IMG/VR virus record: IMGVR_UViG_3300013116_000108
Coordinates: 124,001 to 188,000 of that record
DNA length: 64,000 nucleotides
Strand: one strand, 5' to 3'
Made by a program: the position numbers and the translations under genes. Shown piece after piece: positions 18,723 through 28,468 of this stretch (the stretch's first letter is position 1; every line of letters begins with the position of its first letter). Under the pieces are notes generated by a model. It saw only the letters and a list, made by a program, of their open reading frames with translations, did not search any database and had not been told where the DNA came from.

Positions 18723-18729
18723 TATTTAT
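18723..18729 (-). promoter_or_regulatory. Late promoter ATAAATA
   Basis: TAAATA core ahead of a ~85-nt structured leader. Confidence 0.6.
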
Positions 18730-19347
18730 CTAAATAATATACTTTTTAACAACCTCATAAACACATTTATGACCGTAAGCATTAAGTTTTCTATCAGGGG
18801 CACAATCTTTATAAAAAGAACCAACATTAGTTAAATCAGGATGTTGCTCCATTACCCAACCCCAAAATTGATTTATATCACCTCTGTTTATATATGGTAT
18901 AACTATTAATTTATCTGTAGATTTTCTATAACTTTCTTGTATAAAAATTAAACACTTTTTATTATGAGCCCAACTATTTAATATATCATATGTAAAATTA
19001 GATTGCCATTCGCAATACTCGTGTGTCATATGAGGTCCTAAATTTTCTGTAATGTTATGTAAAGGTCCTGTTACGTCCCAGTTTAATGATCTGTTTGACG
19101 AGGGCATTACACTAACAAAAAAATCATTATAACCATTATCTATATTACTTTTTAAAATTGTACTAGCATAATACAACGGACTAATGCCTATTGTGTGTTC
19201 TTTTGATGGCTTATGTAATGTTATAACATTTTCAAAATCTTTACCTAACAACTCCCACCAGTGTTCTCCAGATTTTACATTAAAGCCATTATATGGCCCA
19301 GGACTTGCTATAAGTTGATCGCCGTATGTTATTAAATTTTTGCCCAT
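18730..19347 (-). CDS. Hypothetical protein, possibly degenerate SGNH/GDSL fold
   Basis: N-terminal LITYGDQ (cf. GDS) and C-terminal D..LN.YGHK (cf. DxxHxNxxGH); likely start 19347. Confidence 0.55.
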   Translation of the reverse strand: MGKNLITYGDQLIASPGPYNGFNVKSGEHWWELLGKDFENVITLHKPSKEHTIGISPLYYASTILKSNIDNGYNDFFVSVMPSSNRSLNWDVTGPLHNITENLGPHMTHEYCEWQSNFTYDILNSWAHNKKCLIFIQESYRKSTDKLIVIPYINRGDINQFWGWVMEQHPDLTNVGSFYKDCAPDRKLNAYGHKCVYEVVKKYII

Positions 19348-19401
19348 AATATTATTTAACATAATATATTCTCAAAAAAATGTCAACCAAAAAATAGTCA
19401 T

Positions 19402-19431
19402 AAAAAAAGGTAAACACGAAGTTTACCTTTT
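19402..19431 (-). terminator. Intrinsic terminator closing the candidate ncRNA
   Basis: AAAAGGTAAAC-TTCGT-GTTTACC followed by T7 on minus strand. Confidence 0.8.
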
Positions 19432-19696
19432 CTCTTTTACTTTACCGTGAGTAAAAACGTGTGTATTAAGGCACAACCCTAAACAAGCAAAATAGGGAGG
19501 ACTCGGTTATACCTCCAACCCCTTGACCGGATACCATTCCTAATCCAGGGAGCCTAGTTCCGCTCGGTAGAGCGATGTGATTCTTAGTTTCTCAACTTTG
19601 AACCTGGGTACCACCCCTAACTAGCCTAGTTCGACGCTCTGGTAAACGCCTCTTCCTAGCACTATAAACAAAAGTTAATTATTCTTTTGTTGCTAT
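19402..19696 (-). ncRNA. Candidate free-standing structured ncRNA (~295 nt), family unknown
   Basis: No ORF in track; own sigma70 promoter and terminator; GC-richer than flanks; series of hairpins incl. GAGA tetraloop; duplicated hairpin+GAACTAGGCT unit. Confidence 0.65.
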
Positions 19697-19702
19697 GTTA
19701 CT

Positions 19703-19731
19703 AATATAGCAAACATTTACTATATTGTCAA
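19703..19731 (-). promoter_or_regulatory. Sigma70-type promoter driving candidate ncRNA
   Basis: TTGACA-17 nt-TATATT with A-rich upstream tract. Confidence 0.75.
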
Positions 19732-19769
19732 CCTTTTTTTTAATTTTTTTGGAAAAAGATATTTTGGCC

Positions 19770-19796
19770 AAAAAGAAAGGCGCCTAAGCGCCTTTC
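19770..19796 (-). terminator. Intrinsic terminator after major capsid gene
   Basis: GAAAGGCGC-TTAG-GCGCCTTTC followed by T5. Confidence 0.85.
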
Positions 19797-19821
19797 TAAA
19801 TACTTCTAAAGTTCTTTACTA

Positions 19822-20994
19822 TTAAGCAAACGAGATGTTTGACATAGCAATTTCACCCAAGTAGTCACCAGCATTACCAAGTGATGATGCTGTGTTAGTT
19901 AACTCAACATAACCGTATCTAGTCATGAAGCCAACTACTGGCTCTAAAGTATCAGGATCAAGTACAACACCTGAAGACATTAGAGGAACGTATGGGCAAT
20001 AGAACGCCGCCGCGTCTGCTTCGCTTGAACCTTTGTATCCAACTAGTACTGCTGAGTCATCAGCCGCATAAGTGTCTACGTAGATTTTCATAGCGCCATT
20101 CAATGTACCTACAAACTTGTTGTTTGTTGGTGCTTCAAATGAACCTTCAGTTGTTCTTGCGAACGCTGAAGTAGAAGCAGATTGAAGTACTGTAAGAGCT
20201 TGTGGAGAAACCACAGCCCAGTTACCAGCACCACGTCTAGTTCTTTGAGCAATTTTATTTGCTGTTCTGTTGATTAATACAGCCAGAGCCGCATGTTCGT
20301 CACCAACGTAAGTAGCAGTACCACTTACAGCCGTTTGGTTGTAAGTTTCTTCAGTAGCCGCTAGTGATCTTAAAGAAGTAAGAACTTCTTGGTCGATCTC
20401 AGCAGTAATTTCTTGAGCCAAAGCGGCCATAATTTCTGCTTCAACGTCGATTCCGTGCATTGATTGAGCGTCTTGAGCCGATTCAAATGTCCAACGAGCT
20501 GATAATTTACGAGTTTTCGCTTCAACTGGTTGCTTTAAGATTTGAATGTTCAATTTCTTACCTGGTGCACCTTCTAAAGTAGCCGTAGAAGCACCTGCTC
20601 CTGGGTTACTATCGTTACCTGAGTAAGATTCTGCAATCTTGAACGGAGATAATGCTTCGTCACCAGCAGTGATGTTTGTAGCACCACCTGTAGTAGTATC
20701 AGCATATCTAACTCTTAGTGTATGAATTTGACCTACTGGGCCTTGCATAGGCTGAACACCAACGATTTCGTTAGCGATAACAGTAGGCATAACACGTCTG
20801 ATTACTGGTAGTATCACACGGTTTAATGTAGCAACGTTACCGGCAGATGTCGCGCCAGCAGTTGCCGCCTCTTTTAAGTATGAGCGGGTATTCTCTAAAA
20901 CAACGCTCATAGTTGATTTAGAATTTCCATCTAAACCTTCCATAAGTGCCGATTTAGTATCATCCCAACGGCTTTCAATTAATGTATCTGACAT
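19822..20994 (-). CDS. gp23: Major capsid protein, T4 gp23-like
   Basis: IRRVMP..IA.EIVGVQPM.GP, AKTRKLSARWT.E.AQD...HGID.EAE, FYCPYVPL, GFMTRYG motifs. Confidence 0.97.
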   Translation of the reverse strand: MSDTLIESRWDDTKSALMEGLDGNSKSTMSVVLENTRSYLKEAATAGATSAGNVATLNRVILPVIRRVMPTVIANEIVGVQPMQGPVGQIHTLRVRYADTTTGGATNITAGDEALSPFKIAESYSGNDSNPGAGASTATLEGAPGKKLNIQILKQPVEAKTRKLSARWTFESAQDAQSMHGIDVEAEIMAALAQEITAEIDQEVLTSLRSLAATEETYNQTAVSGTATYVGDEHAALAVLINRTANKIAQRTRRGAGNWAVVSPQALTVLQSASTSAFARTTEGSFEAPTNNKFVGTLNGAMKIYVDTYAADDSAVLVGYKGSSEADAAAFYCPYVPLMSSGVVLDPDTLEPVVGFMTRYGYVELTNTASSLGNAGDYLGEIAMSNISFA

Positions 20995-21013
20995 TTTTAT
21001 GTCTCCCTTATAA

Positions 21014-22105
21014 TTACATTCCAGCCAATTTCTGAAGAAGAACTATGTTGCCTTCATCAGCGTCTTGGCTTTGTTTAGTTTTATTTCCAGTAACTTCTCT
21101 ACGAGTTTCCGCTAAAACTTCTTTCTTTGGTGCCTCGTCTTTTAGTACTGCTGGCAAATATTTGTCGTATGCTGATTGTATCTTATCAGTTGCGACACTT
21201 TCGAGTAAACTTTGCATTACTTCAGCCTGCTTGTTTGCTAACGGCTTCATTAATTCATTGAGTTTTTCTTTTCTTTCGATACCCTCGTTAATTTGCTCAA
21301 TTCTTGCCTTTTGAGCTTCAACTTCTTTAGCAGATGCTTCTGATTTCTCAGTTGCTTCTTTTAATTGCTTGTCTTTGTCAACAATTACTGCTTCTAAATC
21401 TTTCATTTCTTGATTTTCATTCAAGTAACTAGTAGAATATTCAGCGGCAAATGTTTCAAACAATTTGCGACCAAAGTTGTTTTCACGAGCCTGTTTGATA
21501 TCTTCTTTAAGTTGAGTTAGTTCGTCTCTTAAAGTACCTGTTACGGCTTCCTTAACAAGTTTGCTTGATTTCTCTACAAATTTCTTCTTGAGTGTATCAA
21601 GTTGATCTTTTGCTTCAGCAACTAATCTTACTTTAGTTTCCACAACGTCTTTCTTATCTTTGTGGAATTCAGTAATTTCAGATGCTAAGTTTTCAATTAC
21701 AAACTTTTCAAGTTTTTCCATTGTAGCAGACTGTGACTTACGATCTGATCTAAGTTCACTAATTTCTTCTGCTAATTTCTTAACTAGGAAATTATTAAAC
21801 TTTTCAGCAGATTCAGTCATTTTCGCATTAAGTTTAACACGATCTTCTGCTAATGCTTTCTTTTCAGCAACTACTTGCTCAATTTCAGCACTTAGGTTTT
21901 CCGTAACCATCTTATCGAGAGCCTCAACCATAGTTTGTTTATCATGCTCATAACGTCCGGCGAATTCCTCGCGGAGATCCTGAGTAACTTCTTCACGGAT
22001 TTCTTTTAACTTGGTATCCCAAGCCTCAGTAATCTGTGCTCTAGTTTCCTCATTCACTAAATCGCTATCAAGCAACGGTTTGATGACTTCTAACATATTG
22101 GTCAA
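21014..22105 (-). CDS. gp22: Prohead core scaffolding protein, T4 gp22-like
   Basis: Coiled-coil E/K-rich protein between protease and capsid genes. Confidence 0.8.
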   Translation of the reverse strand: MTNMLEVIKPLLDSDLVNEETRAQITEAWDTKLKEIREEVTQDLREEFAGRYEHDKQTMVEALDKMVTENLSAEIEQVVAEKKALAEDRVKLNAKMTESAEKFNNFLVKKLAEEISELRSDRKSQSATMEKLEKFVIENLASEITEFHKDKKDVVETKVRLVAEAKDQLDTLKKKFVEKSSKLVKEAVTGTLRDELTQLKEDIKQARENNFGRKLFETFAAEYSTSYLNENQEMKDLEAVIVDKDKQLKEATEKSEASAKEVEAQKARIEQINEGIERKEKLNELMKPLANKQAEVMQSLLESVATDKIQSAYDKYLPAVLKDEAPKKEVLAETRREVTGNKTKQSQDADEGNIVLLQKLAGM

Positions 22106-22734
22106 CTCCTAACTTTTAGTTCTTGGATGAGCTTTAATACTTCATCCTTTAAATACCTCTGTACCTTATTATCATGCTGTGCTTCTTTGGCAATTTCTAA
22201 AACTTTATGACCATGTGTCATGTTCAAAAGTCCTTCGTATATTGCCGTAGGGTAGGCATTAGGTGCAGAAGGTTGTGCTACGACATCTATCGTAACTATC
22301 TCGAATTCGCTCACCTGTCCGGTGGCTTCATTGACATTGCCGCTTCCGCGACTGCTTACTCCCAATTTTACACCATTGTCCACCATAGTTTTCACTAGTT
22401 GTCCCATTGGTGTAGGGAGAATCTTTAATTTACCAAATCCGTTTGGACCATCCATCCACATATTTTCTACCATGTGGCATACCCTGTCTAGGTTAACTTG
22501 TAACCCTTCTGGGTGGTCTACTTCTCCAAGGACGCTATTGCCTGTAGAGATTTGGTCATTTAATGTTTTTACTGCCGAAGCAATTTCGTTCACAGGATAT
22601 ACACGTTGGTTAGCATTTTTTACCCCACCTTGTATACAAATTCCTTTCATGTACAAGTCCTTGCCTTCGTTAGCAGATTCTATTACTAGATTTGCTTGAT
22701 CGAACGTTAAGTTTTCTTGTAGTAAAGGTTTCAT
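22102..22734 (-). CDS. gp21: Prohead protease, T4 gp21-like
   Basis: NANQRVYP, LGEVDHP, GVSSRGSG, DVVAQPSAPNA motifs. Confidence 0.95.
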   Translation of the reverse strand: MKPLLQENLTFDQANLVIESANEGKDLYMKGICIQGGVKNANQRVYPVNEIASAVKTLNDQISTGNSVLGEVDHPEGLQVNLDRVCHMVENMWMDGPNGFGKLKILPTPMGQLVKTMVDNGVKLGVSSRGSGNVNEATGQVSEFEIVTIDVVAQPSAPNAYPTAIYEGLLNMTHGHKVLEIAKEAQHDNKVQRYLKDEVLKLIQELKVRS

Positions 22735-22745
22735 TTCCTATGTCC

Positions 22746-23630
22746 TTATTTTGTTACCGGCTTTGGTGCTGGCTTTAACGCTTGTTTTCCGCCTGGCTTG
22801 TTTTGGTTTCCAGCGTCAGAAGTTTTTGGAGATGCCGCTTTAGCACCTTTTTCTTCTGCTGAGCCTTTAGCGATATTACCGGCAGAACCGCCCATATCGT
22901 TTTTGCCTGCTACTGGACCTGATTTTCCTTCGCCGCCTTCTGAAGTTACTGGAGCAGGTGCTTTTTGTGTATATTCTACAACTTGCTCTGCTTCTTCTTC
23001 AACTTCGTCTTTTGCTTCTTCAACTGGTGCTTCTTCGCCTTCAAACGCTACTGCTTCTTCAGGTTCCATGTCCATTTCTGGTTCCATGTCATCTGCTGGT
23101 GCTTCGTCGTCTGCTGGAGCATCGCCAGTCATATTTTCAAATTCTGATCTTAAATCATCAATCGCAGTTTGAAGGTCTAAAATTTCATCTTCCATACGCT
23201 CAGCGTCTTCTGGATCCATTTTTTCTTCACCTGCGTCTAAGCCCATGTCGTCAGCCATGTCGCCAGCGTCTGCTTCAGGATCTTCATCCTCAGCATCGTC
23301 TTCGCCCATGCCTACTTCGTCGGCTTTAATGTCAGCAACCAAATCAGCAGTTTCGTCTTGAGACAAGTTTTCTTCAACTTCGTCTGTCGCTTCTTCTACT
23401 TTTTCTTCGGATGCTTCTTCTACTGTTTCGTCGGCTTCTTCCACTTTTTCGTCTGCTTCTTCAACTGCTTCTTCTGAAGCCTCATCGATATCAGCAAGAT
23501 CTTCTTCGTCGATTAAGTTTTCGTAAATTTTACGAGACTCATCAACAGCGATCTCATGAAAAAGGTCTTTAGCCTTATCTTCTTCCTCATTGACTACTAG
23601 TTCAATAAGTGATTTCCATTTGTCATTCAT
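22746..23630 (-). CDS. Highly acidic prohead core protein (gp67-like position)
   Basis: D/E-rich low-complexity protein with EEA.E.VEE repeats, between portal and protease; AGGAG SD. Confidence 0.6.
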   Translation of the reverse strand: MNDKWKSLIELVVNEEEDKAKDLFHEIAVDESRKIYENLIDEEDLADIDEASEEAVEEADEKVEEADETVEEASEEKVEEATDEVEENLSQDETADLVADIKADEVGMGEDDAEDEDPEADAGDMADDMGLDAGEEKMDPEDAERMEDEILDLQTAIDDLRSEFENMTGDAPADDEAPADDMEPEMDMEPEEAVAFEGEEAPVEEAKDEVEEEAEQVVEYTQKAPAPVTSEGGEGKSGPVAGKNDMGGSAGNIAKGSAEEKGAKAASPKTSDAGNQNKPGGKQALKPAPKPVTK

Positions 23631-23774
23631 GTTCGAACTCCTTGTTAATACACGAGATATGGCGCATTTTCGTAATAGTATTTACAAATATGCTAATATA
23701 ATTCGTTAAAACATCAGATAATCGCAACTTTTGGCAATATTTCTGATATTTTATTGTTTTTAATTAATTGTTGT

Positions 23775-24008
23775 TTATAAATCGTCGCCTGAGTCTTGTT
23801 GCCCGTACTGTGCCTTAATTTTCTCTATCATTTTTGATTTTTCAAATTTCTTGGCGTCATGCATTCTTCTCAAGCCATTGATTTGACCCAAAGTAAGTTT
23901 ACTCTTTCGAGTGTTACCTTGTACAATGATACTTTGATCCTGTTCAGGATCGTAAAAATCTTTTAAATTATTTTTACTGTCTTTATTATCTAATTCAAAT
24001 AGTTTCAT
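23775..24008 (-). CDS. Small hypothetical head-module protein
   Basis: 77-aa ORF between portal and core genes, directly behind ATAAATA. Confidence 0.7.
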   Translation of the reverse strand: MKLFELDNKDSKNNLKDFYDPEQDQSIIVQGNTRKSKLTLGQINGLRRMHDAKKFEKSKMIEKIKAQYGQQDSGDDL

Positions 24009-24024
24009 GTTAATATTTATTCAA

Positions 24025-25698
24025 TTAAATTGAAATATCCTCTTCTGCTCCTGCTTCAGGTTCTGCTTCTGTGTCTCCACCTTCGCCACCCGCATCAGCA
24101 TCGCCTAGGTCATCACCACCTAAACTATCCAAATCGCCACTCAATCCGCCCGGAGTAATTCCGGCACTTCTAAGTGATTTACTTCCTATAGCAGATTCTG
24201 AGTCACCTTGTTCCTCACGCCATAGTCTGTCATTCTCTGCCATTTCTTCTTCAGTAAGACCTAAAAATCTTTCTAAAGCAAATCTTTTAGAGACATATTT
24301 TAAACCTTCCATCTGTGTAAAGTTGCTAATACGACTAGCATCAATATCACTTTGTCTATAACTAGCAAAGTTTTGAGGTTCATTAAACTCAATATCAAAT
24401 ATTGAATTATCAATGTTAACACCTCTCCAACGTAACCACAATTTAAATTCAGCGTCCATTGTACTTGCTACTAAACTTTGTAGTCGCATACAATACTGAT
24501 TAAATCTATGTTCTTGTATTAGTGCTACACCTACTTTGCCATCTGCTACTGTGTTAGTAGCGTCATCGCCTGATGTGGGCAAATATGTTGCTGGTATTCT
24601 TAAACCTCTGTACAGTTTATTAGTAAAGTATTTTAAGTCTGAAATTTCACCTAGGTTTTCACCACCTGGTAATGTTTCAACTTTAGAACCTCTACCTTCT
24701 GCTGTTTGAGGAAAGAAATAATCTTCATTTGTTGATAATGGATTGTAAGTAGCATCCATCATACTTTGTCCACCACCTGTTTGTGTTGGAATACGTCTTT
24801 GGTGTATTTCGTTTTTAACTCTTTCAACATAACCCATTGCCATGTGTGTTGGCATGTTACCTACGTCAATGTAAAATACTCTACGCTCAGGTGCTCTTTG
24901 AACCCTGTATATAATAATAGCGTCTTCTAATAATTCTTTTTGTTTGAATACTTTAAAAATATTTTCTAATACACTTGTGCCGAATGGCCAGTTATTATCT
25001 AACCCTTCAGTTAAACTTAAATGTACAACGTTTTCAGCATCTATAGAATTTTCAGTTACTTCAGTTTGTCTGCCTTGGTACTGTCCAGCCTGGTTATGTC
25101 CTGTTGTACTAGAACTAGGTGACATGTTTGCTGTTTCTGTGTGTGCTGGTGCTGTAATTGTTAAGTTTTCAAAATTAGGAGCAATATCTTTTAATACATA
25201 AACTTCAGGTGCTTTACCTTTTGCTTCGTTAACAACAACCTTCACTACGTTTTGTGGCTCAACCCAAAACCATTCAAATGTTTCTGGGTCTCTAATAAAT
25301 GTTTGATCTCCGTACTTGAGTACGTTACGAAACATTTTAAAAATTCTTTTATTAAAATCGTTTAAACTAGTCCAATTTTTAAGTTGTTCACTTAAAACTT
25401 TTACTTCTGTTTCTGTTGGATTTTCTTTAAATTTAAATGTAAATGGTGTTCCGTTTTCAGGAGACTTCATTGTACAAAATTCTGCTAGAATATCAATTGC
25501 TGTATTAACTTCTGAATCCATATCCATAGATTCATATTGATGATATCTTTCAATTCTATTCGGGTGTCCTACATATACTTCTGGTAATTGGCTTTGGTAA
25601 TTTTTAAAACCTAAATCGGCTTTAGAGTATCCACCAGCATTGCTAAGAGGACTTAGGGCGCCTGTGTCTACTGTTTTAAAATATTTTTTCCAACTCAT
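24025..25698 (-). CDS. gp20: Portal vertex protein, T4 gp20-like
   Basis: LLEDAIIIYRVQRAPERRVFYIDVGNMP, EDYFFP..EGRGSKVETLPGGENLG motifs. Confidence 0.96.
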   Translation of the reverse strand: MSWKKYFKTVDTGALSPLSNAGGYSKADLGFKNYQSQLPEVYVGHPNRIERYHQYESMDMDSEVNTAIDILAEFCTMKSPENGTPFTFKFKENPTETEVKVLSEQLKNWTSLNDFNKRIFKMFRNVLKYGDQTFIRDPETFEWFWVEPQNVVKVVVNEAKGKAPEVYVLKDIAPNFENLTITAPAHTETANMSPSSSTTGHNQAGQYQGRQTEVTENSIDAENVVHLSLTEGLDNNWPFGTSVLENIFKVFKQKELLEDAIIIYRVQRAPERRVFYIDVGNMPTHMAMGYVERVKNEIHQRRIPTQTGGGQSMMDATYNPLSTNEDYFFPQTAEGRGSKVETLPGGENLGEISDLKYFTNKLYRGLRIPATYLPTSGDDATNTVADGKVGVALIQEHRFNQYCMRLQSLVASTMDAEFKLWLRWRGVNIDNSIFDIEFNEPQNFASYRQSDIDASRISNFTQMEGLKYVSKRFALERFLGLTEEEMAENDRLWREEQGDSESAIGSKSLRSAGITPGGLSGDLDSLGGDDLGDADAGGEGGDTEAEPEAGAEEDISI

Positions 25699-25737
25699 AG
25701 TGTTTGTTTCCTATCCCAATTAAACTGGGTGTAATGC

Positions 25738-25744
25738 TATTTAT
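25738..25744 (-). promoter_or_regulatory. Late promoter ATAAATA for portal gene
   Basis: TAAATA core, followed by CCCAG-TTTAA-TTGGG hairpin and AGGA SD. Confidence 0.6.
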
Positions 25745-25751
25745 GTACTTT

Positions 25752-28442
25752 TTAACCTTGCTGAGCAATATCCTGAATATGTCTATTACTTTTTCTATTA
25801 GATCCAAGTATAGCATTTAATTTAGAAACTGTTACATTGCCAATTTCTTTGTTATTTTCTAATTCATTTGTAGCAGTAGCAAGTAATTCACTTAAAAGTT
25901 TATTTGTTTTTTCAATACCTGCTGTAACTGACATAGATCCGCTTGTTGTTGCTAGTTCATCATTAGGTGTAATAGTTCCTCCAGTTGACGGTGTAAATAG
26001 TTCTGGCCCTCTTTCACCAACAATATAAGGATTGTCCATTCCTACAGAGCGAATGTTTCCGCCATACTGTTTAAATTGCTGTGGTTTAAACTGCCCATCA
26101 TAGGCATCAAAACTTGTATTAGCATTTAACCACGATACTATTTCGCCTGCTTTAATGTAACCTGGTGAATTTTCGCCATTCTTTCTATAAAAATCTATAG
26201 CCTCTTGTACATTACTTTGCTCTGCTTGGAATTGTCTCTTCCAATATGGCTTGTCTTTAGAACCTGCTTCTAAGTATTGAGCATATATCTCATCAAACAT
26301 CATTCCAAAGCCAGGGCCAAATCCGCCTAAGTTGTCATCACTGTCATGAGATGCTACTGTGGCACCTTTTGGTCCTTTAATTGACCATTGTTTTGCTTTT
26401 AGTTGGCCAAGATATGATTCAGCAGATTTAAGTAAGTCGCCATCTACTGATACATGTTTAGCCTCATTTACTAGAGCGGCAACTTCAGATGAAACTTGAG
26501 CGGCATCTTGTGTACCTAATTTTACGCCGCTACTTTTGGCTACTGCATCTGCTAGTTTAGATGGGTCAGCAATAAATTCAGCATTTTCTTCTGGAGATGA
26601 TTTGGCTATGATTGCCATAGCAGATTGTTTTTGGTTACCAGAGAATCCTGTACCTTCACCATCATTTTGTGCCGCGAGATCTGCCGCTACAACTAGGTTT
26701 TTCCTTCCTTCTGTCTCGTCGCCGTTTCCTATTTCTTCAAAAGCAATTTGATTCTTTAGTTGATTTGAAGCACCACCTAAAACATAATCTAGAGGATCAG
26801 CCGCAAAGTATTTTAATTCTTTAGATATTAACCCAAAGGATTTTGAGATATCTTCTCCTGCTTGTGTTACAGAATCAATCATGGTGTTGATTTTTTCTTG
26901 TATTGTTGGTTCTCCGTTTGCGCCGTCACCAAAGCCTTTGGCAAAATCCGCAACAGCGTCATTAATTGCTGATTTAAGTGAACCTGAAACTTCTGTTAAT
27001 GTAGCACCCATCATCAAGATCGCACCGCCGGCACCATCGGCTTTTTTGCTGTCGCTGGAACCAACTGCTTTGCCTAAATTATTAAATTGTGTTTGTAATT
27101 TTTGAACATCACTGGCCGCCTGTGTCATTACAGTAGCAACGTCACTAACACCATATAAGCCTTCAAACTCTTCACCACTTGCCGCAATACTTGGCAATAT
27201 GTCTCTTATACCTTCTTTGAATTCATCTTGGCTTATCTTTCCTGTTGCTACAGCGTCACCTAAGTCTCTTAATTTTTGTGCCGCATCGCTGTTACCAGCA
27301 ACAAAGTTTTTGATAGTCTGGTTACCAGCCGCCATCTCTAGTGCTAAATCTTTACCAGCAACACCCGCCATTAATACTTGAGATATTGCTGAATCTTGTC
27401 CTGCTGTACTAAAGACTAATTGTAAAGCCTTTTGAGCTTCAAGTGTAGCACCTTGTAATCTTATGTTAGCATCTGCTCTCAAATCATTTTGGGCCATTTC
27501 TTCTGCTAACTGTTGTCTACTTTTACCTGTTAGTCCTACTAGTGTGTTTAAGTCTGAAATGTATTCTTTATACAACTGAGTTTGTTGTCTGTACCCCATG
27601 TTTTGAAAATTAGTATTTCTTGATTGTGTTTGGGTATACTTTGCTAGTTGTTCTGCTTGTTCTTCATAAGACAGACCTAAAGCATATAATTCACCTCCTA
27701 CTGTATGATGAACTGTGTCTGCTAGTTCTACAAATCGTTTAGCACCTAGAGAAACACTACCACCAAAGGCCGCTAATCCTGAAGCATTTTGTTGGACAAT
27801 TTGTGTATAAGAATTCATTGTCAAACCCAACTGTTGTATTTGAGATGCTGTTCTAACAATGTCGCCGTTGTAGTTTGCTCCACTTTGACTTAATGCTATA
27901 AATCCATCATACATGTTTTGGGCATAGGCGGCAATCGCCATTGCGGCCGCTCCAGAGGCCGCTCCAAGTCCTGACAGAGCCGCTCCAACACCTGGTATCT
28001 TAGTTCCCATAACTTGGAAACTATCTGCTACTGCTCCTAACCCGTCACCTAGTGCTCCAGCACCTTGCTGTATAGCCCTACCTAACGTGTCAAAACTAGC
28101 AGGTCCTCTTATAAGATCATTAAGTACATTACCGGTATTTTTTACAATTTTACCTAAAGCACCAGCAACTGCTTTGCCTCGATCGGTCATTGTTTTATCG
28201 AGATCCTTCATCGTATCGTCGAAGTTACCCGACCAATCTTTCATACTAATGCTTAGATCTTTGTTTACTTTGGCTAGTTTTTTAATTTCGTCTTGTGTTT
28301 TTTTAGTTTCTGGATCAGATTTAGGCTTTGACCTTTGGCCATTCATTGTTTCAACAGCCTTTAATAGGTCTTTAAGAGTTTCTTCAGTTGCTACATCACT
28401 GACTATGATTTCGTTATCTTCTGTGTTAATTCTTATTGCCAT
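25752..28442 (-). CDS. Tape-measure-like tail protein
   Basis: Long Ala/Gly/Gln-rich helical protein with C-terminal YIVGERGPELF.P..G.I.PN motif. Confidence 0.7.
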   Translation of the reverse strand: MAIRINTEDNEIIVSDVATEETLKDLLKAVETMNGQRSKPKSDPETKKTQDEIKKLAKVNKDLSISMKDWSGNFDDTMKDLDKTMTDRGKAVAGALGKIVKNTGNVLNDLIRGPASFDTLGRAIQQGAGALGDGLGAVADSFQVMGTKIPGVGAALSGLGAASGAAAMAIAAYAQNMYDGFIALSQSGANYNGDIVRTASQIQQLGLTMNSYTQIVQQNASGLAAFGGSVSLGAKRFVELADTVHHTVGGELYALGLSYEEQAEQLAKYTQTQSRNTNFQNMGYRQQTQLYKEYISDLNTLVGLTGKSRQQLAEEMAQNDLRADANIRLQGATLEAQKALQLVFSTAGQDSAISQVLMAGVAGKDLALEMAAGNQTIKNFVAGNSDAAQKLRDLGDAVATGKISQDEFKEGIRDILPSIAASGEEFEGLYGVSDVATVMTQAASDVQKLQTQFNNLGKAVGSSDSKKADGAGGAILMMGATLTEVSGSLKSAINDAVADFAKGFGDGANGEPTIQEKINTMIDSVTQAGEDISKSFGLISKELKYFAADPLDYVLGGASNQLKNQIAFEEIGNGDETEGRKNLVVAADLAAQNDGEGTGFSGNQKQSAMAIIAKSSPEENAEFIADPSKLADAVAKSSGVKLGTQDAAQVSSEVAALVNEAKHVSVDGDLLKSAESYLGQLKAKQWSIKGPKGATVASHDSDDNLGGFGPGFGMMFDEIYAQYLEAGSKDKPYWKRQFQAEQSNVQEAIDFYRKNGENSPGYIKAGEIVSWLNANTSFDAYDGQFKPQQFKQYGGNIRSVGMDNPYIVGERGPELFTPSTGGTITPNDELATTSGSMSVTAGIEKTNKLLSELLATATNELENNKEIGNVTVSKLNAILGSNRKSNRHIQDIAQQG

Positions 28443-28468
28443 ATTCTCATTTCACCATTATATACTCA

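Noticed and set aside
19551-19650. Mini CRISPR array from the repeated AGCCTAGTTC
   Set aside because: Only two 10-nt copies 72 nt apart, embedded in conserved hairpins; no cas genes in window
22746-23630. Repeat element in the GAAGAAGC-rich stretch
   Set aside because: Explained by Glu/Ala-rich low-complexity coding sequence of the prohead core protein
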